From positions 1-21,144 of the forward strand of contig JAQGDQ010001918.1 of the NCBI GenBank assembly GCA_030141605.1: 21,144 bases of DNA, given 5' to 3'. Positions within the stretch are counted from its first letter, which is position 1. Each line of letters starts with the position of its first letter. The notes beneath the pieces were generated by a model. That model saw only the letters and a program-made list of their open reading frames with translations. It searched no databases and was not told the DNA's origin. Shown one piece after another: positions 20,847-21,144 of this stretch. The DNA comes from Tubiluchus corallicola. Lineage: Eukaryota; Animalia; Priapulida. The position numbers were made by a program, and so were the translations under genes.

Positions 20847-21144
20847 ACTTTATGAACGCATTTAATGTTCACTGTTACTTTATGAATGCATTTAATGTTC
20901 ACTGTTACTTTATGAATGCATTTAATGTTCACTGTTACTTTATGAATGCATTTAATGTTCACTGTTACTTTATGAATGCATTTAATGTTCACTGTTACTT
21001 TATGAATGCATTTAATGTTCACTGTTACTTTATGAATGCATTTAATGTTCACTGTACTTTATGAATGCATTTAATGTTCACTGTTACTTTACGAACGAGT
21101 TTAATGTTCACTGTTACTTTATGAATGCATTTAATGTTCACTGT
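20847..21144. repeat. Inverted copy of the 29/30-bp minisatellite
   Basis: Units TATGAATGCATTTAATGTTCACTGTTACTT; runs off the right edge. Confidence 0.97.

Larger units (their letters stand above)
20204..21144 (-). repeat. Right arm of inverted duplication (continues beyond the window)
   Basis: Begins TCAGTATGTCATAGCTTTGGTATAATG, the reverse complement of 18641-18667. Confidence 0.93.

Overview
AT-rich, repeat-dense animal genomic DNA (probably a marine invertebrate; species not determinable) with canonical GT-AG introns. Two spliced genes lie head-to-head: the first four coding exons of an ODAD3/CCDC151 outer-dynein-arm docking gene on the minus strand (ATG at 6780) and the first three coding exons of ARFGEF3/BIG3 on the plus strand (ATG at 10387). 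Gene calls rest on my recall of the human proteins and exon sizes, not on a database search. Introns and the intergenic gap hold hAT and pogo/Tigger MITEs, a tRNA-SINE, L2/CR1-type LINE remnants, a foldback-like element, and mini- and microsatellites. Three structures stand out. (1) A pogo/Tigger non-autonomous element (7693-8943) carries a stop-free choline acetyltransferase (ChAT) exon fragment with its splice donor; it lies upstream of ODAD3 on the same strand and is phase-compatible with ODAD3 exon 2. (2) A fold-back inverted duplication in ARFGEF3 places a second exon 3 (5 differences, all synonymous) and a truncated exon 4 on the antisense strand. (3) The ODAD3 exon-4 splice acceptor is triplicated, and the two extra copies lead to in-frame stops. 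Most ORFs in the supplied track are repeat artefacts.
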